Program-made: the position numbers and the translations under genes
Notes under the pieces: model-generated
The model's database searches: none
Told to the model about the DNA's origin: nothing
Seen by the model: only the letters and a program-made list of their open reading frames with translations
Origin: Fluviicola sp.
GTDB lineage: Bacteria; Bacteroidota; Bacteroidia; Flavobacteriales_D; Crocinitomicaceae
Direction of reading: 5' to 3'
Assembly: GCF_039596395.1 (NCBI RefSeq)
Contig: NZ_JBCNJT010000001.1
Span: 715,315-779,314, forward strand
DNA: 64,000 bases
In this document: piece by piece, positions 34,859 to 44,411 of the stretch
Numbering within the stretch: the first letter of the stretch is position 1
Layout: each line of letters begins with the position of its first letter

Positions 34859-37800
34859 ATGAAATTAACAGCATTAACACTCATTTGCACCCTCTTTCTG
34901 ATGGGAGCAAGGGCACAATCATTAAGTCCCGTATCATTGGAACAACTGGTGAATACAGACATCCCCACGACACAATACAATAGTCAGGTCGCCGCCGACC
35001 CAACGGGCGGCTACGTGATTATCTGGACTACCCAGGAATCCGGGGGAGCGGTTATGGGTCGCCGATATGATAACACACACACCGCAATTTCAGGCGAATT
35101 AACCATCAATGCGGAAACTTCGAATAACATCAGTATCGAGCATTGGAAAGCCGGGAAATACATTGTTTCATACCTCGAAGGCTTTAACCTGAAATTTGCT
35201 GTTTTGGACGCAGCGAACGTCATGGGCGCAGAGGTATCAGTGATCTCGTCCACTTCCAGATACGATCTTTCCCCGAAAGGAGATTCATTGGCTTTTATCT
35301 ACAATAGGACCAGCAACGATCAATTGTATTTGAGAGGATACAACCTGGCTTCCAATTCCTGGCTGAATGCAGAAATGCTGGTAACAGAGGTCGGATCGGC
35401 AGATTACGATGAACCGAACATCGTGTATCACACCAATGGACGCATGACGGCAATTTACCACATGTATATCAATACTTCCGGCTGTTGTACATATGACAAA
35501 AGAGTAATGCGTAAAACTTTCAGTAGTTCCTACGTTGCAGAGATTCCTGAATATGCCTTGTGGTCCATCGATTACCAATTTAACGTGGGGTATGACCTGG
35601 ATGCAAGCGGAAATAACAATAATGAGGTGATCGTTACAACCACACATGGTACAACCTCTTCGCAGCGATACATGCGCATGTGGATTTTAGGAAATACGGG
35701 TACACCCATTGTCAACAATGCGGTAATGCTTCCTGTGGTAACCACCAACGATTGGTACGATTATATTAAAGGGTATTTGTATGATAACGGGGATTTTGTA
35801 ATCGCTAAAACGATTCGAACTGGAGGTTATACGAATCCGAATGGAAGTGAAGCATACGTTATTTACGGAACAAATTACAATGCAAGCAACAGTGGACTTT
35901 TACGCATGAACAGTACATTGTCGGGTGACCAGGTACATACCAATGTGGCAAAATTACCCAACGGAGGATTTGTAGGATGTTGGTCCGGAAACGGTTTCCA
36001 GGGCGATACACAAGGAATTTATTCCAGGGCTTACAATGCAGTGGCATTTCCAGGTGTTGTATTCAGCAATGCAGGAGCATACACGGTTAGTGAAGCGGGA
36101 ACCACTGCGACTATTGGTGTTACTCTTGCTACTCAGCCAACAGCGAATGTAACGGTAAACCTGAGTTCATCAGACTTAACAGAAGGAACAGTGAGCCCGG
36201 CTCAGTTAACGTTTACAACCTCAAACTGGAACCAGGCACAGAATATTACCGTTACAGGAGTTGACGATACAGCCGACGACGGAAACATTTCTTTCAACCT
36301 GGTGGCTTCAACTACCGGAAGCACGGATGCAACTTATTCCGGTTTGGCGAATAAAACCCAGGCGATAATCACTTTGGATAATGATGCAACGATTACCATG
36401 CCTGCTGCTCAAAGTTTTTGTAAATCCACAGGAATGAGCGGCGTAAACGCGATCTTTACGAATGTTGGTTCTGCTATTACATCCGTAACCGGTGCAAGCA
36501 GCGACCAATCTGTTGTTGATAACAGCGATATTACCGTAAACAACTTAGGAAGCGGAACGTATGGGATCACGATCAATAACCTGAATAACAATGTAACCGG
36601 AACGGCACAAATCACATTAACGGCAACTGACGGACAATTTAATTACACGGGAAGTTTCAGCATTACTACTACGGGAGTTAACCTGGTAGTGAATGCATCT
36701 TCCAATGCTATTTGTGCGGGAGAATCGGTGACACTTTCAGCTACCGGCGGACAAAACATTTCCTGGAGCAACGGTGTTGTAAACAATGTGGCTTTTACGC
36801 CTGCTGCAACAACAACTTATACCGTAACGGCAGACAATGGTTCAGGATGTAACGCAACTGCGACTCAGACGATTACTGTGACACCTGTTCCTGCCGTTCC
36901 TTCGATCAGTGCAAGCGGATCACTCGCTATCTGTGGAAATGGTGCTGTAACACTGACTTCTTCCAACGCAACAGGAAACATGTGGTCAACAGGAGCAAAT
37001 ACCCAAAGTATTACGGTTTCAAGTACCGGAACTTATACCGTTTCGGTTTCGAACGGGGCATGCTCCGCAACTTCTGCACCGGTGGCAGTAACTGTGAACC
37101 CGGCTCCGGCAGCACCTGTTATTACCCCGAACGGACCAACTACTTTTTGTGACGGAGGTTCTGTAACGCTGACTTCCTCGCAAGCGAACGGGAATACCTG
37201 GTCAACCGGTGCCGCTTCTCAAAGTATCACCGCAACAACTGCTAATACTTATGTATTGACTTACACAGATGCAAACGGCTGTACTTCTCCGGCAGCAAGT
37301 ATATTGATTACGGTAAACCCTGTTCCGGCAGCACCTGTTGTTTCTACAAGTGGGCCAACGGCCTTTTGTGCAGGCGGATCGGTAACACTGACTTCGTCTT
37401 ATGCTTCCGGAAATACCTGGTCGAACGGCTCAACGGCGTCCAGTATTACTGTTTCCAACGGAGGAACTTATTCGGTGACTTATTCGAATGGCGGAGCTTG
37501 TTCGGCAACTTCAATTCCTGTTGTTGTAACTGCAAACCCGGTTCCGGCAGCACCGGTAATCACTCCAAACGGACCAACTACTTTCTGCGACGGAGGTTCG
37601 GTAACGCTGACTTCATCACAGGCAAGCGGAAATACCTGGTCTACAGGAGTTAGTTCCCAGAGCATCACTGCTGTAACAACCAATACTTATGCATTGACCT
37701 ATACAGATGCAAACGGTTGTGTTTCACCATCAACAAGTGTGTTGGTTACCGTACAAAGCGCACCGAATGTTTCAGCAGGATCGGACCAAACGGTTTGTGA

Positions 37801-38659
37801 AGGCGAAATGGTAACATTACTTGGATCGGGAGCTACATCTTATTCCTGGACAGGTGGAATCACCAACGGGATTAGTTTCCCGATCACGAATCAAACGACT
37901 TTCCAGGTAACAGGAACAGGAAGCAACGGATGTACTGCAACAGACCTGGTAACTGTATTCGTAAACAGTGCTCCGAATGTGAGTGCGGGACCGAACCTGG
38001 TTGTTTGTAACGGGGAATCAATTACACTGAACGGAAGCGGCGCGGCAACTTACGATTGGGATAACGGAGCTGTAAACGGAGTTTCTTTTGTTCCGACTTT
38101 GGGAACGACAACTTATACGGTGACCGGTACCAATGCTGCAGGTTGTGAAGCCGAGGATGAAATGACCGTAACGGTGAATCAATTGCCGAATGTGAGCATT
38201 TCAACTATTCCGGTTTTCTGTTTATCAGATGGTCCGGCAGCTTTAACCCAGGGAACACCTTCAGGTGGAACGTATACAGGAACCGGAATTACAGGAGTTA
38301 TTTTCACTCCTTCAACAGCAGGCCTGGGAATTTTTCCGGTAAGTTATACTTACACAGATATCAATGGTTGTGAAAATACTGCTCCGGGAACGATCACGGT
38401 AGATCAGTGTTTGGGAATCGATGAGCAAGCATTGGCAGAGTTATCGGTTTACCCGAATCCTACAACCGGATTGGCAGTAATCGAATTTCCGGGAGTGTTC
38501 AGCTACACGGTAACAGATGCGCAGGGTCGAAAAGTGCTGGAAGGAAATGCTTCTGACAAAGCACCGGTGGATCTATCCGCTTTCAGTGATGGCGTATACC
38601 AGGTAGTGATTCAAACTGAAAATGCTTCTACCAGCCTAAGAATGGTGAAGAACCAATAA
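34859..38659 (+). CDS. Large T9SS adhesin-like protein (propeller-like N-domain, Calx-beta-like, multiple Cys-paired Ig/PKD-like repeats, CTD)
   Basis: TVSEAGTTATIGVTL...LTFTTSNWNQAQNITVTGVDD; repeats xxCxGxSVTLT...GC; VYPNPTTG CTD; start at MKLTAL. Confidence 0.85.
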   Translation: MKLTALTLICTLFLMGARAQSLSPVSLEQLVNTDIPTTQYNSQVAADPTGGYVIIWTTQESGGAVMGRRYDNTHTAISGELTINAETSNNISIEHWKAGKYIVSYLEGFNLKFAVLDAANVMGAEVSVISSTSRYDLSPKGDSLAFIYNRTSNDQLYLRGYNLASNSWLNAEMLVTEVGSADYDEPNIVYHTNGRMTAIYHMYINTSGCCTYDKRVMRKTFSSSYVAEIPEYALWSIDYQFNVGYDLDASGNNNNEVIVTTTHGTTSSQRYMRMWILGNTGTPIVNNAVMLPVVTTNDWYDYIKGYLYDNGDFVIAKTIRTGGYTNPNGSEAYVIYGTNYNASNSGLLRMNSTLSGDQVHTNVAKLPNGGFVGCWSGNGFQGDTQGIYSRAYNAVAFPGVVFSNAGAYTVSEAGTTATIGVTLATQPTANVTVNLSSSDLTEGTVSPAQLTFTTSNWNQAQNITVTGVDDTADDGNISFNLVASTTGSTDATYSGLANKTQAIITLDNDATITMPAAQSFCKSTGMSGVNAIFTNVGSAITSVTGASSDQSVVDNSDITVNNLGSGTYGITINNLNNNVTGTAQITLTATDGQFNYTGSFSITTTGVNLVVNASSNAICAGESVTLSATGGQNISWSNGVVNNVAFTPAATTTYTVTADNGSGCNATATQTITVTPVPAVPSISASGSLAICGNGAVTLTSSNATGNMWSTGANTQSITVSSTGTYTVSVSNGACSATSAPVAVTVNPAPAAPVITPNGPTTFCDGGSVTLTSSQANGNTWSTGAASQSITATTANTYVLTYTDANGCTSPAASILITVNPVPAAPVVSTSGPTAFCAGGSVTLTSSYASGNTWSNGSTASSITVSNGGTYSVTYSNGGACSATSIPVVVTANPVPAAPVITPNGPTTFCDGGSVTLTSSQASGNTWSTGVSSQSITAVTTNTYALTYTDANGCVSPSTSVLVTVQSAPNVSAGSDQTVCEGEMVTLLGSGATSYSWTGGITNGISFPITNQTTFQVTGTGSNGCTATDLVTVFVNSAPNVSAGPNLVVCNGESITLNGSGAATYDWDNGAVNGVSFVPTLGTTTYTVTGTNAAGCEAEDEMTVTVNQLPNVSISTIPVFCLSDGPAALTQGTPSGGTYTGTGITGVIFTPSTAGLGIFPVSYTYTDINGCENTAPGTITVDQCLGIDEQALAELSVYPNPTTGLAVIEFPGVFSYTVTDAQGRKVLEGNASDKAPVDLSAFSDGVYQVVIQTENASTSLRMVKNQ
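36884..37756 (+). repeat. Intragenic A-B-A-B domain repeats (72-73 aa units)
   Basis: Units start at 36884, 37100, 37319, 37538; B units near-identical with a 438-nt period. Confidence 0.85.
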
Positions 38660-38679
38660 AAAACGTTTATTTGATCGAA

Positions 38680-38708
38680 AAGGCATTCGTTACTCAGCGG
38701 ATGCCTTA
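38680..38708 (+). terminator. Intrinsic terminator
   Basis: AAGGCATTCG-N8-CGGATGCCTT followed by ATTT. Confidence 0.7.
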
Positions 38709-38847
38709 TTTGTGATGTTCCGCTTCAACAACCTGATCAGGTAGAGAGAAATATAAAAGATACTGACAGAAACAAGGTGATAAGTTAATCCTGAGTCAAT
38801 GAATGGGAGATTGTTAAACATGTTGACTCTGTGTTAGATAACCAAAG

Positions 38848-38877
38848 AAAAAAGCATCACGCAAGTGATGCTTTTTT
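38848..38877. terminator. Bidirectional terminator
   Basis: AAAAAAGCATCAC-GCAA-GTGATGCTTTTTT. Confidence 0.9.
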
Positions 38878-38893
38878 AATATTAAATTCGACT

Positions 38894-39583
38894 TCAAATA
38901 TTAAACACAAAATAAAGAGCTATCGGTTGAGAAAACGATGTGTAAACACTCTTTGTGTTCGGAGCTATTTCATCCGGTAAATCCGGGAATCCTGAAAGTG
39001 GGGTGTAAATGTTACGTGTCTTGTATTTAGAAAAATTTACGCTGAAGTTTGCTTCAGTCAATAGGCTAATCCGATTATTTATTCTGAATCTAAACCCTAA
39101 AACCGGTGCGAAACCATAAGTTACTGAATGGTTTTCAAAACCTACAGCGTAACCACCATTGAAAAATGCTGCTTCATTCCGTTCACTTCCAATAGACAGT
39201 CTAAAATCCAAGCCGTAAAAAACCTGCCAGCGTTTAGACAACTCTGATTTAAATTCCCATCCCAATCTTGAATCTACCGAATTGGATTTACGTTTGTAAA
39301 TACTCGAATCACCCACCATTCCAGGAATTTCTTCATCAGAAACTTGTCCTCCGATTCCAAAACGGATATTCCCGGGTTCAAAATACCGGCGGTAAGTGAG
39401 GTAATAAGTAGGCGAATAGCTATAATCCGAAGTGTTCTGGAATTTCGTGAAAAAACGAATAGTTCCCGTAACATCAATACCAAACTCATTCTTGTACTTA
39501 TGAACTGAATCATTTTGAGACAAGCCATTCTGTGCCAGAAGTAAGCATCCGGAGAGTATGATAAGCAATTTGTTTTTTTTCAT
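38894..39583 (-). CDS. Hypothetical outer-membrane beta-barrel protein
   Basis: Signal peptide, NEFGIDV, APVLGFRFRINNRISLLTEA, terminal LYFVFNI. Confidence 0.75.
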   Translation of the reverse strand: MKKNKLLIILSGCLLLAQNGLSQNDSVHKYKNEFGIDVTGTIRFFTKFQNTSDYSYSPTYYLTYRRYFEPGNIRFGIGGQVSDEEIPGMVGDSSIYKRKSNSVDSRLGWEFKSELSKRWQVFYGLDFRLSIGSERNEAAFFNGGYAVGFENHSVTYGFAPVLGFRFRINNRISLLTEANFSVNFSKYKTRNIYTPLSGFPDLPDEIAPNTKSVYTSFSQPIALYFVFNI

Positions 39584-39605
39584 TTTGAATTAGTGTTTTA
39601 GTAGT

Positions 39606-42600
39606 CTATCGGATTACCACTCTTTTACTTAGCTTATTGGTTCCATCCCCAATATTAACAATATAAATTCCATTAGAAAGATTTCCAAGGGTAATAAATT
39701 CTGTTAGTTGACCATTTGAAACGGTTGATGATTTGGAATAAATCCGCTGACCAATAACGTTGATTACTTCTATATTGATTTTTCCCTCTAATTTAAGGTT
39801 TGATCCTACGATTGAAAAATTACCTGTCGATGGATTCGGATAAACTGTAAGATTTCCATTCGTTTCATCATTATCCAAATCATGAAGACCCAAAACGACA
39901 TCGGTTAAATCGAACTGAGCAAGAAAACCATCCGTCCAGGCAAGCGGTAGGTCCATAGCACTTCCGGAGTTGTCATATTGGATATATGCGTTGGGTGATG
40001 CTGTTAAGTCGACAGTAATTGGAAAGTCCTGATTTGAATTGGTACTTCCACCAATGTACAATATTTGGTCATTATAGACAGTAATACCATTTCCATAGTC
40101 GTTGGATGCGGCATTTACATTAGAACCGTTATAATACCATTCTCCTCCAAAATAAGTTCCCCATCCGTAAGCAAGCCATGGATTCAGTCCTAGAATAAAG
40201 CTATCGTAATGAACTCCGGTCGGATCATTTTCAAGTACCGGTTGATTGTAATTTCCATTTAAATTTTGAAGCGGAAAATTGGTGCTTTTAGACATCCCGA
40301 TCACGTAAACATTACCAGCGTCAGAAATTTCTACATTTCCGCATTGATCATCGCTTGAACCACCAAAATAAGAGGAGTAATACAGAATGTGCCCACCTGT
40401 GGTTTCAGTAATAAATTTCAACACAGAGATAAATCCATCCGATGCACCACTTAATGTGTTATTAAAATGGATTTGCGGATTTGAAAGCGATTGCAAAGGG
40501 AAAGTAGTTGAATTACTTTTGGTTTGGCCTGTAATGAAAAGGCTCGTGGTAGATGGATTGTAATCAATTCCCAAACCTAGATCTTCTCCGGCTCCTCCAA
40601 AGAAACTTGACCAGCGAAGTACGTCTGAAGAATTGAATTTTGCAAAGAATGCATCCGAAGCACCTCCCTGATAGCTCGCTTGGTAGTCGTTTAGTAATTC
40701 AGCAGTCATAGGGAATGAATTTGTATTGGTTCCTCCGGTTGTACCTACAATGAAAAGTTCATTCTGACTAGTTTGAGGATTAAAAATAGTATTCATTTCA
40801 TTAACTACTAAGTCATTGTTTCCAAACATAGTTGACCAGGTTAACGCATTAGCCGCGTTGAATTTAGCAATGAACCCTACTTTTGTTCCTGTTGTACTTT
40901 GCGAGTATTGTGAACCGGTTGCTACTATCGGAGAACTGGAAACTCTTTTTCCTTCCCCGGCAATGTAGACATTCCCGGAATTGTCCGTAGCAATACATTT
41001 ACCTCTGAAATCAGCATTGGTTGTATGTTCACCGAATAGAGTAGCCCAGGTACGTGCGCCGTTACTCTGATTGAATCTATATAAAGTCGCATAGGTTGCA
41101 TTTACGGTAGAAGTTGAAGGAGCAAGATTGTAAGCTCCAACCTTTGTGAAAGCGAGAAATTTATTGGGTTCTGAATATACTCCGGTTAATCCGGTTACAT
41201 AGACATTTCCTAATTGATCTGTTGCAATTCCACTTGCAAGTTCTGTTTGCGCCCCGTAAATAGTACTCCAATTTCTTTCTCCAAGAGGCTTGTGACTCCC
41301 AACTATAATTCTTGTATAGTAAGTCGTTGATGGTGAATAAACTGTTTGTGTTGTGTGTGGAAAAGTTAACCCTGTTGTGTAACCTGTGAAATAGACATTT
41401 CCTGAGCCGTCGTGATCAATATCCTCGATGTAATCGTCTTCTGTGTTGCCATAATAAGTACTCCAAAGAAGATTGTCTATTGACTTCGGTGCTGCTGCTG
41501 AATGCCCTTGGTCCATCACAATGATAAGAGGTTCAGTACCTGAGTAACCTACAATTTGAAAACCAATTGTAGAATCATCCACTAATTCATATTCAGCATT
41601 GCAAAGAATTGCCTGAGGAAAGCCCGTAGAGTCAATCGTATAAACATGGGGTTTTTCAAATTCCATAGTACCCAATGTAGATTGGACATAAAGGTGATTT
41701 AGACTGTCTATTATCAAAGAGTCTAACCCATCGAATTGTAAACGGATATTTTCGGTTTTTGCACCAGGATAAATAATAAAATAGTTTTTCAATCCATTTT
41801 TATTGCTGTATTGGTGATAATCAATTTTGTCGTATATGCCATTAAGCACAACTCTGCTGTATGCTTTATTCTTTGTTATTCCATCCGGAATGTGGGGAAG
41901 GTAATAATTAGTAAATCCTGCTACTTCTTCTGTTTTAAAAATTCCATAATCCGCATTTGCATTTAGAAAGGTCATATCCACTTTCTGATATGCTTTTTGG
42001 GATGATTGTTCACCTACAAACACGTAAGATATGCGGTCTTCACAAATAAAAACACCCGGATTGGAATGATCATTATATATTTTCACTTCTTCTGCGACAT
42101 CACCGTTTGTATCTAAAAGTTGACCGCGATTAACTTCCATACCCCAGCCCGATGTAGGAGGCTCAATCAACATATCCGGTGGGATCACCAAGAATATTCT
42201 TTTGATGGAAATTGAAAATGTAGATGGGTCGGTAGAGTTATTAGCTGTACAACCGGCTCTTGAACAGGTCTGATTTGGAACCTTTCTGTCAACCCGGATG
42301 AAATATGTTTGTCCAATTGAAAGGTTGGAAGCGTTGAGATCAATGTTTAATAACTTGGCTTCTGAGTAATGAGGCAATTCATCCTCTGCAATCATATTAA
42401 GACCGGTACAACTCCCTGAAAACAGTTGTATAGAATGAATATGTGGTACGTTAAGTCCATATTTCGCGGTTTCCAAGGAAATATTGACATAGGGACTTGT
42501 AGCGGTAAACTCAAACCAAAAAACAGTATCGGCAGTTGTATGGTTGGAGTAGTCAGTAGAATCGGTTGGAATAAGCGTAATAGCATCACTACAAGTGGCA

Positions 42601-42677
42601 CCTGTTTGTGAGAAGCTATTGTGGGACGCAAAAAGTGCAAACAGCGCAGTAATAGCGAAAAGTTTAGTCTGTTTCAT
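39606..42677 (-). CDS. SBBP-repeat beta-propeller protein with T9SS CTD
   Basis: EVNRGQLLD, WSTYYG, DGSGNVYFTG, WSSFFGGAGED, SSYFGGSSDD; VYPNPSTG CTD. Confidence 0.85.
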   Translation of the reverse strand: MKQTKLFAITALFALFASHNSFSQTGATCSDAITLIPTDSTDYSNHTTADTVFWFEFTATSPYVNISLETAKYGLNVPHIHSIQLFSGSCTGLNMIAEDELPHYSEAKLLNIDLNASNLSIGQTYFIRVDRKVPNQTCSRAGCTANNSTDPSTFSISIKRIFLVIPPDMLIEPPTSGWGMEVNRGQLLDTNGDVAEEVKIYNDHSNPGVFICEDRISYVFVGEQSSQKAYQKVDMTFLNANADYGIFKTEEVAGFTNYYLPHIPDGITKNKAYSRVVLNGIYDKIDYHQYSNKNGLKNYFIIYPGAKTENIRLQFDGLDSLIIDSLNHLYVQSTLGTMEFEKPHVYTIDSTGFPQAILCNAEYELVDDSTIGFQIVGYSGTEPLIIVMDQGHSAAAPKSIDNLLWSTYYGNTEDDYIEDIDHDGSGNVYFTGYTTGLTFPHTTQTVYSPSTTYYTRIIVGSHKPLGERNWSTIYGAQTELASGIATDQLGNVYVTGLTGVYSEPNKFLAFTKVGAYNLAPSTSTVNATYATLYRFNQSNGARTWATLFGEHTTNADFRGKCIATDNSGNVYIAGEGKRVSSSPIVATGSQYSQSTTGTKVGFIAKFNAANALTWSTMFGNNDLVVNEMNTIFNPQTSQNELFIVGTTGGTNTNSFPMTAELLNDYQASYQGGASDAFFAKFNSSDVLRWSSFFGGAGEDLGLGIDYNPSTTSLFITGQTKSNSTTFPLQSLSNPQIHFNNTLSGASDGFISVLKFITETTGGHILYYSSYFGGSSDDQCGNVEISDAGNVYVIGMSKSTNFPLQNLNGNYNQPVLENDPTGVHYDSFILGLNPWLAYGWGTYFGGEWYYNGSNVNAASNDYGNGITVYNDQILYIGGSTNSNQDFPITVDLTASPNAYIQYDNSGSAMDLPLAWTDGFLAQFDLTDVVLGLHDLDNDETNGNLTVYPNPSTGNFSIVGSNLKLEGKINIEVINVIGQRIYSKSSTVSNGQLTEFITLGNLSNGIYIVNIGDGTNKLSKRVVIR

Positions 42678-42904
42678 AAGTAAATAGTTGGGTCCAAAAA
42701 TGTAGATAGGGATTTTGAACGGTAGTTAATAATTGTTGTGAATTAGTTTTCTGTTGCTAGGCGAAATACCCAGGATGGAATAGTGATTTTTTCTGTGTTG
42801 TGAATTAACGGTTTAATTTTTACTAAAGTAGAAATTTTTGAATTCGGAAAATTTTTCAATTGAAATTTAACATTGTAAAATTTGCTTCAAATCATCCATT
42901 AAAT

Positions 42905-42938
42905 AAAAAAGCACCGATCCACTGACCGATGCCTTTTT
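42905..42938 (-). terminator. Intrinsic terminator
   Basis: Minus strand GCATCGGTC-AGTG-GATCGGTGC (two G-U pairs) then T6. Confidence 0.75.
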
Positions 42939-42968
42939 ACTTATCCATTTAAATTTGACTTACGGTGA

Positions 42969-44411
42969 TTATTTCCATCCGCCACCAAGGGCCTGGTAAA
43001 CACTTACCATGTTATAAAGTTGTTCCTGTTTGATCTCTACCAGGTCAAACTTGGCTTCGATAGCGTCGCGCTGTGTCATTAAAACTTCCATGTAATCTGC
43101 TTTCGCGGATTTAAACAAGTTTGTGGAAATGGTAATCGACTGATTCATCGCATCCACTTGCTTTAATTTCAGGTCATAACTGTTTTTCAAATTCTGAACT
43201 TTTGTGACCCGGTTGGCTACTTCGATGTATGCATTCAGGATCGTTTGTTCGTATTTGTAAACCGCCTGGAATTGTTTGGCGTTTGCAGAAGCATACTTCG
43301 CCTTCAGCGCATTTCTGTTGATCAACGGAGCTACCAGATCACCGGCAATGTTATACAACAAGGACTGCGGCGATGTTATCAGGTACTTGACATTGAAAGC
43401 CTGGTAACCAACTCCGGCAGTAATGCGCAGGGAAGGGTAGAATTGAGCCCTTGCAACTTTCACATCCAGGTTCGATGCTGTCAGGTTCAATTCAGCCTGC
43501 CGGATATCCGGTCGGTTTTGAAGCAATTGGGAAGGAATCCCGTTGTAAATCGTATCCGGAACCATTTGCTGGAAAGCTGTTGAGTTGCGCTGAACCGGTT
43601 GCGGGAAGCGTCCTACCAGGAAGTTGATGCGGTTTTCTGCCTCGACGATCTGCTGCTGGATGTAAAATAAGTGGCTTTGGTTCTTGTAAACCTCCGCCTC
43701 AAACTTCTTCACGGCCAATTCGGTTACTTCACCGGCAACTTTTTGCAACTTCACGATTTCCAGCGCATTTTTCTGGATCTCCAGGTTTTGCTGCAGGATC
43801 ATCAGTTTGTTATCGTATGCCATCAATTCGTAGTACGACTCCGAGATTTCAGCCACCAGGTTGGTAACCATGAAGTTTTTACCCTCCACACTTGCCAGGT
43901 AACGGGATGCAGCTGCATCTCTTCCGTTTCGCAATTTGCGCCAGATATCGATTTCCCAGGAAGCATTTACGCCTACCATTAAATCTCCAAGCGGTTCGGG
44001 GAAAGCTTTCCCGTCGTGGATCGGCAGGTTTTTCTCCACTGCTCCGTCACGGGTGTATTCACCGACTTTTTCCACACCGGCCCCAACGCGAACACCGGCT
44101 GAAGGCAGGTATTCTCCCTTTTTGGCTCTTACTTCTGCTTTTGCCACATTGATCTCCTGCATGGTGATGTTCAACTCCTGGTTATTTTTCAGGGCAGTAT
44201 CAATCAATGCAATCAGGTACTGGTCCTTGAAGAAATCTTTCCATTTGATGTCGGCCGTATTGGTGCTGTCTTTGGAATCAGAACCCGGATACGTTGCAGG
44301 AGTCGATTTATTTTCCGTCTTTAAAGCTATTTTCAGGTCTTTACATGCGGTGACACTGACTGCCAGTGCTGCAATGATGAACCAGCTTCCTATTTTATTT
44401 TTAGTGCGCAT
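42969..44411 (-). CDS. Efflux outer-membrane factor lipoprotein (TolC/NodT family)
   Basis: VTAC lipobox, WKDFFKD, SWEIDIWRKL, PSQLLQNRPDIRQAE, YQALGGGW. Confidence 0.93.
   Translation of the reverse strand: MRTKNKIGSWFIIAALAVSVTACKDLKIALKTENKSTPATYPGSDSKDSTNTADIKWKDFFKDQYLIALIDTALKNNQELNITMQEINVAKAEVRAKKGEYLPSAGVRVGAGVEKVGEYTRDGAVEKNLPIHDGKAFPEPLGDLMVGVNASWEIDIWRKLRNGRDAAASRYLASVEGKNFMVTNLVAEISESYYELMAYDNKLMILQQNLEIQKNALEIVKLQKVAGEVTELAVKKFEAEVYKNQSHLFYIQQQIVEAENRINFLVGRFPQPVQRNSTAFQQMVPDTIYNGIPSQLLQNRPDIRQAELNLTASNLDVKVARAQFYPSLRITAGVGYQAFNVKYLITSPQSLLYNIAGDLVAPLINRNALKAKYASANAKQFQAVYKYEQTILNAYIEVANRVTKVQNLKNSYDLKLKQVDAMNQSITISTNLFKSAKADYMEVLMTQRDAIEAKFDLVEIKQEQLYNMVSVYQALGGGWK

Noticed and set aside
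38710-38845. Possible ncRNA between two terminators (ACCTGATCAGGT; GAGTCAA...TTGACTC)
   Set aside because: Only short stems, no promoter motif and no recognisable family.
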